From NCBI GenBank assembly GCA_043822065.1, contig JBDRCC010000007.1, positions 1-64,000 on the forward strand: DNA of 64,000 nt, read 5' to 3'. Position 1 is the stretch's first letter, and each line of letters opens with the position of its first letter. The position numbers and the translations under genes were made by a program. Positions 48,696 through 58,713 of the stretch are shown piece by piece. A model generated the notes under the pieces. That model did no database searches, was not told where the DNA came from, and worked only from the letters and a program-made list of their open reading frames with translations. Source of the DNA: an archaeon (GTDB lineage Archaea; Undinarchaeota; CAZHTU01; JBDRCC01).

Positions 48696-49343
48696 ATGTG
48701 GCCGTTCAAGAAGGACAAGAAAACCGAAATAGAAAAACGGAAGAAGACGCTCGAAAAGAAAAAGGCGAAAATTGACAAGAAAAAGAAGGACGCTGCCGAA
48801 AAGTCAAAAACGCCGAAGGTAAAGGGCGGCAAAGAGCCCCCTGCTGCAAAGATGGGGGGCGTCGCCGACCGGCTTGAGCGCGGGCTTGAGCAGCTCGAGA
48901 AGCTTGGCGAGGAGGAATATTACCAGCCGGACTCCAAGCCATACGAGTTCCGGTTTGGTCAGGGGATTGTCAACCTTAATGTGCGCGGCAAGACGCTAGC
49001 CGACCTGTTCGAGAACGCAGCCGAAGCCATGTTTGGCGTAATGGTCGACCTCAACCAGATCGAGGCTGTGGACTCTAAGACCGTTGAAGTCGAGTCGGCG
49101 TATCCTGCGGACATGCTGAAGGCGTGGCTCGACAGCCTGCTATTCCACTACGGCGTGGACTATCTTATCTTCAGCGACTTTGATGTCAAAATAACCGGCA
49201 ACAAGCTTACTGGAACGGCTACCGGCGAGGAGCTTGACAGCAAAATGCATGAAAAGAAATGCGAGGTCAAAAACATACTCAAGGACGTGCAAATCGAGCA
49301 AAAAAGGAACGGTTTTGAGGCGAAATTGTCCCTCGAAATATAA
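48696..49343 (+). CDS. Archease-domain protein with Lys-rich N-terminal extension
   Basis: GKTLADLFENAAEAMF, WLDSLLF, GEELD...EVK. Confidence 0.75.
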   Translation: MWPFKKDKKTEIEKRKKTLEKKKAKIDKKKKDAAEKSKTPKVKGGKEPPAAKMGGVADRLERGLEQLEKLGEEEYYQPDSKPYEFRFGQGIVNLNVRGKTLADLFENAAEAMFGVMVDLNQIEAVDSKTVEVESAYPADMLKAWLDSLLFHYGVDYLIFSDFDVKITGNKLTGTATGEELDSKMHEKKCEVKNILKDVQIEQKRNGFEAKLSLEI

Positions 49344-49447
49344 TTGCCGCCCCTCGATGAAAACCTTTATAAATGAGGGCACTAAATATGTTGTCACCCT
49401 CGAGGGAATCGAGCGGTTTTTTCGATTTATCATATCGAGAATAGACT

Positions 49448-50440
49448 ATGACTAGATGGAAGGGTAAGCCCCGTGCGGGCTCTCGTGCATACAGCCCTAG
49501 GAAGAGGGCAGCATCGCAGTCAGCTCGCGTTAGGTCCTGGCCCGTTTCTGTGAAGTCCGAGAAGCCAGTTTTCCTTGCCGGCTTTGCAGGCTACAAGGCA
49601 GGGATGACCCACTGCTTTGCCATCGACAATCGAAAGGATTCCCATTCGTCCGGCAAAGAAATCATGCTCTCCTGCACAGTCCTTGAAACCCCACCTCTTG
49701 TTCTCTTCGGCGCCCGTGCGTACAAGAAAACCCCATACGGCCTTGTCATACTCTCTGAAACCTACTCAAGTGATAACAGCAAATACGTCCTCGCCCGCGT
49801 CCGGCCTGGCAAGCCAAATGCAAACTTCGCCCAGGAGTCCGCAGGCGCATACGATATACGTGCACTTCTCCACACCCAGCCTTACAAGCTGAAGGGCGTC
49901 CCGAAAAAGGTGCCGGAAGTAATAGAGCTCGGGCTTCTCGGCTCGAACGAGGAGAAGCTCAAGTTCATCCAGGAAAAGCTCGGCAAGGAAGTGCCAGTCT
50001 CTGAGGTCCTAAGCCCAGGGCAGTTTATCGATGCCCTTGCAGTGACGAAAGGCAAGGGATTCCAGGGCAGGATAAAGCGGTTCGGCGTAAAGATGATGAA
50101 GCGCAAGCAGGCATCGCTGAAGACCAGGCGCTCAGGCACCATCGGCGGAAGGCAGACTGGAACAAGGTGGCAGGTACCGATGCCAGGCCAGATGGGCTAC
50201 CACCAGAGGTGCGAATACAACAAAAAGCTCATACTCGTCGGGAGCGAGCCCATAACCCCGAAGGGCGGGTTCATACGCTACGGCGAAGTAGTCGGGGATT
50301 ACGTCCTTGTCGAAGGCTCAGTCCCAGGCCCGACGAAGCGGCTCATCACCATCCGGCACGCGCTCAGGTCGTCGCCAACTTACGCTCCAAAGCCAATCGA
50401 AATAACCTATATCAGCAGGGAGTCAAAGCAGGGAGCATAG
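49448..50440 (+). CDS. rpl3: 50S ribosomal protein L3
   Basis: FAGYKAGMTH, TKGKGFQG, GQMGYHQR. Confidence 0.96.
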   Translation: MTRWKGKPRAGSRAYSPRKRAASQSARVRSWPVSVKSEKPVFLAGFAGYKAGMTHCFAIDNRKDSHSSGKEIMLSCTVLETPPLVLFGARAYKKTPYGLVILSETYSSDNSKYVLARVRPGKPNANFAQESAGAYDIRALLHTQPYKLKGVPKKVPEVIELGLLGSNEEKLKFIQEKLGKEVPVSEVLSPGQFIDALAVTKGKGFQGRIKRFGVKMMKRKQASLKTRRSGTIGGRQTGTRWQVPMPGQMGYHQRCEYNKKLILVGSEPITPKGGFIRYGEVVGDYVLVEGSVPGPTKRLITIRHALRSSPTYAPKPIEITYISRESKQGA

Positions 50441-50441
50441 A

Positions 50442-51266
50442 ATGAAAGCAGCAGTATATTCCAAATCGGGTGCGAAGACAAAAGACATAGAGCTCCCGCG
50501 GGTTTTCAATACCGAATACCGCCCAGACCTGATAAAGCGCGCGCATCTCGCATTCATGTCCAACACCTACCAGCCGAAGGGCGCTGACCCAATGGCTGGC
50601 AAGAGGAACACTGCCGAAAACTGGGGCAAGGGCGGAGGCATCTCGAGGGTTAGGCGCATCAAGGCAGGCCCAATGCGGAAAGGGCGCGGGTCAAAGCGCT
50701 ACCGTGCGAAGTTCGGAAGCTTCCACGCAGCCGGCAGGGCGGCGTTCTCGCCATGCAACGTCGGCGGATACAGGGCGCACCCCCCTAAGGTCGCCAAGAT
50801 TCTCACTCTCAAGATAAACTCAAAAGAAAAGGCGTATGCAGTCAGGTCCGCAATTGCAGCCACTGCGCAGAAAGACGTTGTTTCCTCAAGGGGGCACGAC
50901 ATTGAAAAGCTCAAGTCGCTCCCGCTGGTTGTCGAGGACGATTTCTCAAAGATTTCAAAATCAAAGGATGCCGTCTTGGCGCTTGCAGCACTTGGCATTA
51001 TCGGAGATGTCGAAAAGTCAAAGCCAAAGAAGGTACGGGCCGGCCGCGGAAAGATGCGCGGCAGGAGATACCGCGAGAGGAAGGGCCCGCTTTTCGTGCT
51101 TGCATCAAACTCCCCTGCCTCCAAGGCGCTGAAGAACCTCGCAGGCTCAGACGTAGCCACAGCAAAATCAGTCAACATTGAGCAGCTCTCCCCTGGTGCG
51201 CACGGCGCGCGGCTAGTGGTCTGGACTGAGCAGGCGATAAAGGAAATTGGCGAGAGGTTCAAATGA
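50442..51266 (+). CDS. rpl4: 50S ribosomal protein L4
   Basis: RPDLIKRA, GGYRAHPPK, RAGRGKMRGRRY. Confidence 0.95.
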   Translation: MKAAVYSKSGAKTKDIELPRVFNTEYRPDLIKRAHLAFMSNTYQPKGADPMAGKRNTAENWGKGGGISRVRRIKAGPMRKGRGSKRYRAKFGSFHAAGRAAFSPCNVGGYRAHPPKVAKILTLKINSKEKAYAVRSAIAATAQKDVVSSRGHDIEKLKSLPLVVEDDFSKISKSKDAVLALAALGIIGDVEKSKPKKVRAGRGKMRGRRYRERKGPLFVLASNSPASKALKNLAGSDVATAKSVNIEQLSPGAHGARLVVWTEQAIKEIGERFK

Positions 51267-51520
51267 AGCCATACGACGTACTAATCAAGCCGCTGGTAAC
51301 TGAAAGGGCAATCGACCAGATTGAGAAGCAGAACAAGCTGCACTTCCTTGTGAAGTCCTCTGCCACCAAGAAGGATATCGCGGCGGCCGTTGAGAGCCTT
51401 TACAAGGTCAAGGTCCACTCAGTAAACGTACAGATAAAGTTTGGCATCAAGAAGGCATACGTCCGCCTTGCGCCGGAGAATTCCGCCGCAGATGTGGCAG
51501 CCAAGCTAGGGATAGTATAA
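51263..51520 (+). CDS. rpl23: 50S ribosomal protein L23
   Basis: PLVTERA, KKAYVRL. Confidence 0.95.
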   Translation: MKPYDVLIKPLVTERAIDQIEKQNKLHFLVKSSATKKDIAAAVESLYKVKVHSVNVQIKFGIKKAYVRLAPENSAADVAAKLGIV

Positions 51521-52215
51521 TGGGAAAACGAATCATCTCTCAGAGGCGCGGGAAGGGAAGCCCAGCATACAGGTTCCCAAGCCACCGCAGCAAGGGCATG
51601 ATAGCCCTCGCACCCCTCTCTAACCAGGATGCGTTCGTCGTCGAGGACATTTTCCACAACCAGGCGCATTCGACCCCGCTCGCAAGAATCGTGTCACAAA
51701 GCGGGTTCAAGACGCTCATACCTGCCGCAGAGGGAATGTACGTCGGGCAGAAGCTCGTTGGCGTCCAGCCGGGCGTTCCGATGACGATGCGGGACATACC
51801 TGTCGGCAAAAACGTATACAACATCGAGCTCAGCCCTGGCGACGGCGGAAAGCTCATGCGGAGCAGCGGGACCTCTGCACGGTTCGTCGCAATAGAAGGC
51901 AAGACTGCAGTCCTCCGCCTTCCGTCAGGCAAATTCAAGAACATTTCGCTCAACTGCCGCGCAATAATCGGCACAGCCGCTGGCGGCGGCAGGCGCGACA
52001 AGCCGCTGGTCAGGGCAGGCAACGCATACTATAAATACAAAGCAAGGAACAAGCTCTGGCCGAGGACTTCTGCGCTGCACATGAATGCAGTCGACCACCC
52101 ATTCGGTGGAGGCAGGCACCCGCACACAGGCAAGCCTGAGACGACTTCAAAGAATGCGCCTCCGGGACGGAAAGTAGGATACATCGGCGCCAGGCGGACG
52201 GGACACAAACGATAA
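51520..52215 (+). CDS. rpl2: 50S ribosomal protein L2
   Basis: MGKRIISQRRG, MNAVDHPFGGG. Confidence 0.96.
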   Translation: MGKRIISQRRGKGSPAYRFPSHRSKGMIALAPLSNQDAFVVEDIFHNQAHSTPLARIVSQSGFKTLIPAAEGMYVGQKLVGVQPGVPMTMRDIPVGKNVYNIELSPGDGGKLMRSSGTSARFVAIEGKTAVLRLPSGKFKNISLNCRAIIGTAAGGGRRDKPLVRAGNAYYKYKARNKLWPRTSALHMNAVDHPFGGGRHPHTGKPETTSKNAPPGRKVGYIGARRTGHKR

Positions 52216-52592
52216 TGGCAAAGGAATTCACATACCGCGGAAAGACACTTGCAGAGCTCCAGTCCATGGATATCTCTGAATTTGCAAAGCTCGCGGACTC
52301 GCGCGCACGCAGGCGCCTGCTTGCGATGCCCGAGGTGGACAAGAAGCTCCTTAGGAAGATCCGCAAGGCATCAAAGCCGGTACGGACGCACCTTCGGGAT
52401 ATGGTAGTTGTCCCAGAGATGGTCGGCAAGGTACTCATGATTTACAACGGGAAAAGCTTCGAGCGGGTCGATATCCAGCCTGACATGGTTGGGCACCGCC
52501 TCGGCGAGTTTTCCATGACGCGGCCAAGGGTCAAACACTCGGCTCCGGGCATAGGCGCAACTAGGAGCAGCAAATACGTCTCACTCAAATGA
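52215..52592 (+). CDS. rps19: 30S ribosomal protein S19
   Basis: RTHLRDM, MVGHRLGEFS. Confidence 0.96.
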   Translation: MAKEFTYRGKTLAELQSMDISEFAKLADSRARRRLLAMPEVDKKLLRKIRKASKPVRTHLRDMVVVPEMVGKVLMIYNGKSFERVDIQPDMVGHRLGEFSMTRPRVKHSAPGIGATRSSKYVSLK

Positions 52593-53005
52593 AACTGAAA
52601 TACTGCTGTCAGACAAAGGGCGCGAAGGCGATGGGCAGGGACCTTCAGATTTCACCCAAACGGTCATACGAGGTTGCAAGGATGATCCGCGGGAAGAAGC
52701 TCGAAACCGCTAAGCGCGAGCTTGAGCTTGTCGTTGCAAAAAAGATGGCAGTCCCGCACGTCAGGTACAAGCGGAAGACCGGCCACAAGACAGGCATGAT
52801 GGCTGGCAGGTACCCGGTTAAGACTGCTGCAGAATTCCTTAAGGTGCTCAAGAATGCAGAATCAAACGCCAAAGACCTGAACAAGGACAAGCTCGTGGTA
52901 AGCCACATATCCGTCCACAAGGCGAGAATCATGTACGGGCGCAAGAAAGGCTCGCCCTACAACAAGAAAACATCGCATATACAGGTGGTATTGACTGAGG
53001 CATAA
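52589..53005 (+). CDS. rpl22: 50S ribosomal protein L22
   Basis: ISPK, GRYPVK, NAESNA. Confidence 0.94.
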   Translation: MKLKYCCQTKGAKAMGRDLQISPKRSYEVARMIRGKKLETAKRELELVVAKKMAVPHVRYKRKTGHKTGMMAGRYPVKTAAEFLKVLKNAESNAKDLNKDKLVVSHISVHKARIMYGRKKGSPYNKKTSHIQVVLTEA

Positions 53006-53895
53006 TGGCGATAGAACGACATTTTATTGACGAGAACGTGAAGAAGCTTGTGGTCAAGAAGTTCACTGAGAAGAAGCTCGAGAGGGTCGGCTGCGGCAAC
53101 GTCATGATATACCGCACCCCGCTCGGAATGCGGGTCACCATATTCGCAGAAAAGCCAGGTCTTGTCATAGGTAGGAAAGGCAAGAGCGTACAGGAGCTAA
53201 CAGACATATTCCGCGAAGACTTCAAGCTGGAGAATCCGCAGATAGAGGTTCAGCAGATAGAAATTCCTGAACACAACGCCAACCTGATGGCTCAGAGGGT
53301 CGCCTCAGCGCTTGAGCGCGGAATAGCCTTCAGGCGCGCCGCCTACTCCGTGATAAGGCGCGTAATGGCATCCGGCGCCCTTGGAATCGAAGTCATAATA
53401 TCTGGCAAGCTAAGCGGCGAAAGGGCGAAGTCAGCCAAGTTCAAGGAAGGCTTCATACTTCACACCGGCGAGATATGCGACCGGGTTGTCCTGAAGGGCT
53501 ACGCCGTCGCTAGGCTGAAGCCAGGTATCCAGGGCGTACGCGTCAAGATAGTCCCGCCTGGCGTATCAGCCAAAAGCATAATCGAAAAACCGCTTCCGTC
53601 TGAGGTGCAGAAGCCGGCGGCAGAAGAGCCCGCAGCAAAGGCGCCCGCCGAGGCGTCAGCTGAGGCGCCAGAGGGAAAAGCGGCTGAACCCAAGGCGGAA
53701 GAGAAAAAAGCGCCGAAAGCCGCAGAAAGCAAGGACGCGAAGAAAGCGCCAGCTTCAGAGGAGAAATCCGAGACGACGCCAAAAGCAAAGGCTGAGAAGA
53801 AATCCAAAGAAGCGCCCGCAGCCGAGAAAAAAGTGTCAAAGGAAAAAGAGAAAAAGGCTCCGGCGAAACAAGAAACGAAGGAGTCAAAGTCCTAA
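53005..53895 (+). CDS. rps3: 30S ribosomal protein S3 with long K/E/A/P-rich tail
   Basis: PGLVIGRKG, ISGKLSGERA. Confidence 0.95.
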   Translation: MAIERHFIDENVKKLVVKKFTEKKLERVGCGNVMIYRTPLGMRVTIFAEKPGLVIGRKGKSVQELTDIFREDFKLENPQIEVQQIEIPEHNANLMAQRVASALERGIAFRRAAYSVIRRVMASGALGIEVIISGKLSGERAKSAKFKEGFILHTGEICDRVVLKGYAVARLKPGIQGVRVKIVPPGVSAKSIIEKPLPSEVQKPAAEEPAAKAPAEASAEAPEGKAAEPKAEEKKAPKAAESKDAKKAPASEEKSETTPKAKAEKKSKEAPAAEKKVSKEKEKKAPAKQETKESKS

Positions 53896-53896
53896 A

Positions 53897-54094
53897 ATGG
53901 CAATACTCAGGTCCAAAGAGATCCGGCAAATGAAGCCTGCGGAAGTTTCCGCGAAGCTTGACGAGCTGAAGCAGACGCTCATGGAAGAGCGGTCTAAGCT
54001 CACAGCCGTCGGCGCCGCTGACAACCCCGGGAAACTAAGGGAAATCAGAAGGACAATAGCTAGGGCAGAAACCATCCGGAGAGAATCCAAGTAA
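53897..54094 (+). CDS. rpl29: 50S ribosomal protein L29
   Basis: [14 protein letters not shown]. Confidence 0.93.
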   Translation: MAILRSKEIRQMKPAEVSAKLDELKQTLMEERSKLTAVGAADNPGKLREIRRTIARAETIRRESK

Positions 54095-54402
54095 TGCCGG
54101 AAATCTGTCAGGTCTGCGGTCTGCCAAAGGAACTCTGCATCTGCCAGGAGCTGGCAAGGGAAAAGCAGAGAATCAAGGTCTATGTCCTGAAAAGGAAGTA
54201 CGGGAAGCTCATGACCGTCGTCGAAGGCTTCGACGAAAAGGAGATAGATGCAAAAGAGCTCACAAAAGGGCTGAAGGCGAAATGCGCCTGCGGCGGGACC
54301 TTCAAGGAAGGCCACGTCGAGCTCCAAGGCGACCACAGGAACAAGGTGAAAAACCACCTCGTATCGCTCGGGTTTTCCGAGTCAATGGTCGAAGTGAGAT
54401 GA
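54094..54402 (+). CDS. Translation initiation factor aIF1 (SUI1)
   Basis: [23 protein letters not shown]. Confidence 0.95.
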   Translation: MPEICQVCGLPKELCICQELAREKQRIKVYVLKRKYGKLMTVVEGFDEKEIDAKELTKGLKAKCACGGTFKEGHVELQGDHRNKVKNHLVSLGFSESMVEVR

Positions 54403-54662
54403 GGTCGAAGGAAAACCTCCACCAGCACGAGCTCATAGGGCTCAAGGTGGAAGTTGCCGAGTCCTCTAATACGGCCCTCATGGGGCTGAAGGGAACGGTC
54501 GCGGACGAGACGAGAAACATGCTCGTCGTTGATTCCGGCGGGATGAAAAAAGTCCCGAAAGCCGACTGCACCTTCCGGTTCCCGGAGTACGGGGTCAGCA
54601 TCGAGGGAAAAATCCTCGTCGCGCGCCCTGAAGACAGGATAAAGAAAAGGTTCGAAAAATGA
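54399..54662 (+). CDS. rnp1: RNase P protein component 1 (Rpp29)
   Basis: [22 protein letters not shown]. Confidence 0.92.
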   Translation: MRSKENLHQHELIGLKVEVAESSNTALMGLKGTVADETRNMLVVDSGGMKKVPKADCTFRFPEYGVSIEGKILVARPEDRIKKRFEK

Positions 54663-54961
54663 CAGAAACAAAGAAAGCGGAAAAAAAGAAGGAAACTCCC
54701 AGCGTGGGCTATGCAACCCGCGGTTCGCAGTTCCAGGGGATAGTCGTCAGCACAAAGATGCAGAAGACCGCGACCGTCAGAATCGAGCACGTCCGCAAGA
54801 TCCAGAAATACGACCGGCTTGAGAAGAGGAGCAAGAAAGTAGCCGCCCACAACCCAGAGTCAATAAATGCAAAGCAGGGCGACCTCGTCCTAATCCAGGA
54901 GTGCAGGCCGATAAGCAAGACAAAATCATTCATAATCACAAAGGTGGTATCGCATGGTTAA
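54659..54961 (+). CDS. rps17: 30S ribosomal protein S17
   Basis: [16 protein letters not shown]. Confidence 0.95.
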   Translation: MTETKKAEKKKETPSVGYATRGSQFQGIVVSTKMQKTATVRIEHVRKIQKYDRLEKRSKKVAAHNPESINAKQGDLVLIQECRPISKTKSFIITKVVSHG

Positions 54962-55376
54962 GCGGGTCTCGAAGGTCCACGCAAAGCCAATTGCAGTGGC
55001 GCCGAAATACCTGCCGATAGGTGCACGGCTCGTCTGCGCCGATAACTCCGGCGCAAGGATTGTGGAGATAATCTCCGTCCACGGCCACAAAGGTCGTCAC
55101 AGGAGAATAGCGTCGGCTGGTGTCGGCGACATGGTAAACTGCACAGTAAAGAAGGGGAATCAGGACCTCAGGGGAGAGGTTTTCCAGGCGATAGTCATCC
55201 GCCAGAAAAAGGAATACAAGCGCGTGGACGGCACAAGAATCAAGTTCGAGGACAACGCCGCAGTACTAACTACTGCGGACGGAGACCTTAAGGGCACAGA
55301 GATAAAAGGCCCGGTGGCCAAAGAGGCGGCAACTAAGTGGCCGGGCATATCCGGCGCAGGAGCACTGCTCGCATGA
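54954..55376 (+). CDS. rpl14: 50S ribosomal protein L14
   Basis: [22 protein letters not shown]. Confidence 0.96.
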   Translation: MVKRVSKVHAKPIAVAPKYLPIGARLVCADNSGARIVEIISVHGHKGRHRRIASAGVGDMVNCTVKKGNQDLRGEVFQAIVIRQKKEYKRVDGTRIKFEDNAAVLTTADGDLKGTEIKGPVAKEAATKWPGISGAGALLA

Positions 55377-55708
55377 AGTCAAAACAGCCGAGAAAGCAGA
55401 GGTTTGCGCTGTTCAACGCGCCTCTGCACCTAAAGCAAAAAAAGCTCACTGCCCCGCTGAGCAAGGAGCTCAGGAAAACGAAGAAAAAGCGCTCCCTTCG
55501 GGTAAGGCGCGGCGACGAAGTCCAGGTATTGCGCGGAGCAAGCCGCAAGCGGCGCGGCGAGGTGCAATTCGTTGACTGCAAGAGGGGCAAGATATTCGTC
55601 AAGAATATCACCAAGAAAAAGACCGACTCTTCCGAGGTAATGGTCTCGCTTGAGCCGTCAAATGTCATGATAGTGAAACTCAATGAAGACGACAAACGGA
55701 GGTTTTAA
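55373..55708 (+). CDS. rpl24: 50S ribosomal protein L24
   Basis: [21 protein letters not shown]. Confidence 0.94.
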   Translation: MKSKQPRKQRFALFNAPLHLKQKKLTAPLSKELRKTKKKRSLRVRRGDEVQVLRGASRKRRGEVQFVDCKRGKIFVKNITKKKTDSSEVMVSLEPSNVMIVKLNEDDKRRF

Positions 55709-56388
55709 TGCACCTTAAGAGAACCTGTTCGCCAACATTTTGGCCCATAATACGGAAGCAGAAAACATGGGCGGTCAGGCCGGCTTCTCGCGGATTCATG
55801 CTTAACGAGTCTATGCCTCTGCTCCTGGTAATCCGGGATGTCCTTGGCGAGACAAAGACGCTTAGGGAGACAAAGAAGCTCCTTAACCAGGGTGTTGTCA
55901 CAGTCAACGGCAAGGACCGGACGGATTACCGGTTCCCGGTAGGCCTCTTTGACATAATACACATAACGCCGATTAAAAAAACTTACATCGTCGTCCCGTC
56001 CAAGAAAGGAATTGGGATAAAGGAGACTAAGCCGGCAAGCTCAGCTCTCATGAAGATAACGAACAAGGTAGCAAACGGCAAGGACGCTTACCAGTACACG
56101 TTCCACAATGGGATGACCATTAACCTGAACAAGAGCTACAAGATAGGCGACTCGCTCGTCATCGGCTTCGACGGAAAGGTCCAGGGCTCTTTTGAGATGA
56201 AAGAAGGCACCTACGCAGTAATCACTGGCGGAAGGCGGCGCGGCGCCCAGGGAAAAATTACGTCAATAACCCTACCTGCCTTCACCGGCTCTAAAATGGT
56301 TGCAATAGAGGGCGAGGGCGGCTCGTACATCACAAAATATGATTATGTCTTCCCATGCGGAAAGGCAAAGCCGGAGGTTGACTTATGA
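55708..56388 (+). CDS. rps4e: 30S ribosomal protein S4e
   Basis: HLKR..P..W, FPVGLFD. Confidence 0.93.
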   Translation: MHLKRTCSPTFWPIIRKQKTWAVRPASRGFMLNESMPLLLVIRDVLGETKTLRETKKLLNQGVVTVNGKDRTDYRFPVGLFDIIHITPIKKTYIVVPSKKGIGIKETKPASSALMKITNKVANGKDAYQYTFHNGMTINLNKSYKIGDSLVIGFDGKVQGSFEMKEGTYAVITGGRRRGAQGKITSITLPAFTGSKMVAIEGEGGSYITKYDYVFPCGKAKPEVDL

Positions 56389-56897
56389 ACAAGATGGCTG
56401 AGCCTAAGATAGACAAGATATGCCTGAACATGGGCGTAGGGGAGAGCGGGGAGCCGCTGACCAAGGCCATGAAGGTTCTCACAGACCTTACTGGAAAGAA
56501 CCCAGTGAAGACATTCGCAAAGGCGACCGTGCCCGGCTTTGGCGTAAGGCAGAATCAGGAAATAGGCTGCAAGGTCACGCTACGGAACGAAGCCGCAGAG
56601 AACTTCCTTAGGAAAGCATTCAAGACTGTCGGGAACAAGCTTTCTCCAAAGTGCTTCGACAAGAACGGGAACTTTTCATTCGGCGTCTCTGAGCACATAG
56701 AACTTGAGGGAATGCGCTACGACCCGAAGATTGGGATATTCGGGTTTGACGTCGCCGTCAACCTCATCCGCCCCGGCTACCGCATTGCAAAGCGGAAGAA
56801 ATCCAAATCAAAGATTGGGAACAAGCACAAGCTGACTCCCGCAGACTCAATGGAATACGTAAAAAACAAATTCGGGGTGACTATCGGTGGCAAATAG
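56385..56897 (+). CDS. rpl5: 50S ribosomal protein L5
   Basis: NMGVGESG, IGCKVTLR, YDPKIGIFG. Confidence 0.95.
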   Translation: MNKMAEPKIDKICLNMGVGESGEPLTKAMKVLTDLTGKNPVKTFAKATVPGFGVRQNQEIGCKVTLRNEAAENFLRKAFKTVGNKLSPKCFDKNGNFSFGVSEHIELEGMRYDPKIGIFGFDVAVNLIRPGYRIAKRKKSKSKIGNKHKLTPADSMEYVKNKFGVTIGGK

Positions 56898-57033
56898 GAC
56901 ATGCGGCAAAGCCGTCAGGTGCTGCAGGATATGCGGCACAAGCGAGCGGCTGATTCGCTCATATGGGCTTTACATATGCGGACGTTGCTTCAGGGAGGTA
57001 GCAAGGGACGTCGGCTTCAAGAAATACTCCTAA
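56887..57033 (+). CDS. rps14: 30S ribosomal protein S14 (not in ORF track)
   Basis: GTG start; ...CRICG...IRSYGLYICGRCFREVA...GFKKYS. Confidence 0.92.
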   Translation: MANRTCGKAVRCCRICGTSERLIRSYGLYICGRCFREVARDVGFKKYS

Positions 57034-57034
57034 A

Positions 57035-57412
57035 ATGAGACACGACCTACTCGCGGACGCAATGTCTGCAATAAAAAACGCGGAAAGAATGGGAATGCAT
57101 GAGCTTAAGGTTCCCTCTAGCAACCTTCTGAAAGACGTTCTTGGCGTCTTCAAGAAGGAAGGTTACATCGAGGACTACTCCTCGGAGGGCGCATACTCCC
57201 TTAAGGTCAAGCTTGCGAAGAAAATAACTGACTGCGGAGTCATAAAGCCGCGGTACTCAATAAACAAGAACACATACACCAAGTGGGAGAAGCGGTACCT
57301 TCCGTCGAGGGACTTCGGCATACTTGTCCTGTCGACACCGAAGGGCGTCATGACGCACCGCGAAGCCAAGGACAAGAACCAGGGGGGTGTCTTGCTCTCG
57401 TTCGTATACTAA
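57035..57412 (+). CDS. rps8: 30S ribosomal protein S8
   Basis: DLLADAM..IKNAE, STPKGVMTH. Confidence 0.96.
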   Translation: MRHDLLADAMSAIKNAERMGMHELKVPSSNLLKDVLGVFKKEGYIEDYSSEGAYSLKVKLAKKITDCGVIKPRYSINKNTYTKWEKRYLPSRDFGILVLSTPKGVMTHREAKDKNQGGVLLSFVY

Positions 57413-57413
57413 C

Positions 57414-57941
57414 ATGAAATCCACAATAAAAATCCCTGACGGCGTTCAGGTAAGCGTTCAGCGAAAGAAGGTAACCGTCAAGGGCAAGAAGGGCGAGCTC
57501 ACTAGGCAGTTTGTATGCCCCACCATAAAGATTGAAGTCGCCGGAGACCAGGTCATCGTCACCTGCGAGTCTGCCAGGAAAGCAAAAAAGGCAACTGTCG
57601 GCACAATAGCTGCGCACGTAAAAAACATGATAATCGGCGTAACCAATGGGTACAAGTACTCGCTTCGCGCAGTTTATGCGCACTTCCCTATGGTGTGCAA
57701 GGTCCAGGGAAGCAAGTTCCTGATTGACAACTTCCTCGGCGAGAAATATCCGCGGAAGACAAATGTGCCGGCGGGCGTAGAAATCAAGATCAGCGGCCAG
57801 GACCTAACCGTCCTCGGCTTAAACAAAGAGGCAGTCGGAATTGCCGCTTCAAGGATAGAGCAGCTGACAAAGCTCAAGACGAGGGACAGGCGGGTTTTCC
57901 AGGACGGAATCTATCTCACAAAGAGGGAGTTGGCAGAATGA
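57414..57941 (+). CDS. rpl6: 50S ribosomal protein L6
   Basis: YAHFP, NFLGEK, RDRRVFQDGIY. Confidence 0.96.
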   Translation: MKSTIKIPDGVQVSVQRKKVTVKGKKGELTRQFVCPTIKIEVAGDQVIVTCESARKAKKATVGTIAAHVKNMIIGVTNGYKYSLRAVYAHFPMVCKVQGSKFLIDNFLGEKYPRKTNVPAGVEIKISGQDLTVLGLNKEAVGIAASRIEQLTKLKTRDRRVFQDGIYLTKRELAE

Positions 57942-58294
57942 CGTTACTAGAGCTAAGGAAAAAGATTCAGGCAAGACGGAGCTATACGTGCAAGCGGGGC
58001 CACTGGAAGAAGTACGGCACCGGCTGGAACAAGCCGAAAGGAATCCACTCAAAGCTCAGGCAGCACTGGAAGAGCAGGGGCAAATACCCCTCAACCGGAG
58101 ACGGCTCGCCGGCAGAGGTCAGGGGCCTTAACCCGAAAGGCTTCAACGACGTCCGAATATCAAACCCCGCACAGCTGCAGGCTCTAAATCCAAAGACTGA
58201 CGCAGTCCTGATTGCGTCCTCGGTCGGCTTCAAAAAGCGCCAGATCATACTCAAGAAGGCTGACGAGCTCAAGCTGGAGGTTTCAAACAGATGA
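57938..58294 (+). CDS. rpl32e: 50S ribosomal protein L32e
   Basis: WNKPKGIHSKLR, VRGLNP. Confidence 0.92.
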   Translation: MTLLELRKKIQARRSYTCKRGHWKKYGTGWNKPKGIHSKLRQHWKSRGKYPSTGDGSPAEVRGLNPKGFNDVRISNPAQLQALNPKTDAVLIASSVGFKKRQIILKKADELKLEVSNR

Positions 58295-58713
58295 AGACCC
58301 AGAAACGGCTTGCGGCATCGCTGCTCAAATGCGGCGTAAAGAGGATACGGGTAAACCCAGCGGACGAGGAAGTCCAGATGGCCCTTACCCGCGATGACAT
58401 CCGCGCAGCAATCGCTAGGAAGGCAATATACAAAGTCAAATCAAACCAGCAGTCCCGCGTCAGGGCAAGAAAAATAAAGCTCGCAAGGAAAAAAGGCAGG
58501 TCCTCTGGCCACGGCAGGCGCAAAGGGCCAGCCGGCGCAAGGGAGCCGTCCAAACAGCAGTGGGTCAGGCGCATACGCGCAATACGGGACGAGCTGAGGA
58601 AGATGAAGGCCGAGGGCAAGATAACGCCGCACGAGTACAGGCGGCTCTTCAGGCTTTCAAAGGCAGGCGTCATCCATCACAGGGCTCACGCCAGGAGCAT
58701 GGGGGGTAAATAA
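58291..58713 (+). CDS. rpl19e: 50S ribosomal protein L19e
   Basis: QKRLAASLLKCG, GHGRRKG..GAR, WVRRIRA. Confidence 0.95.
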   Translation: MKTQKRLAASLLKCGVKRIRVNPADEEVQMALTRDDIRAAIARKAIYKVKSNQQSRVRARKIKLARKKGRSSGHGRRKGPAGAREPSKQQWVRRIRAIRDELRKMKAEGKITPHEYRRLFRLSKAGVIHHRAHARSMGGK

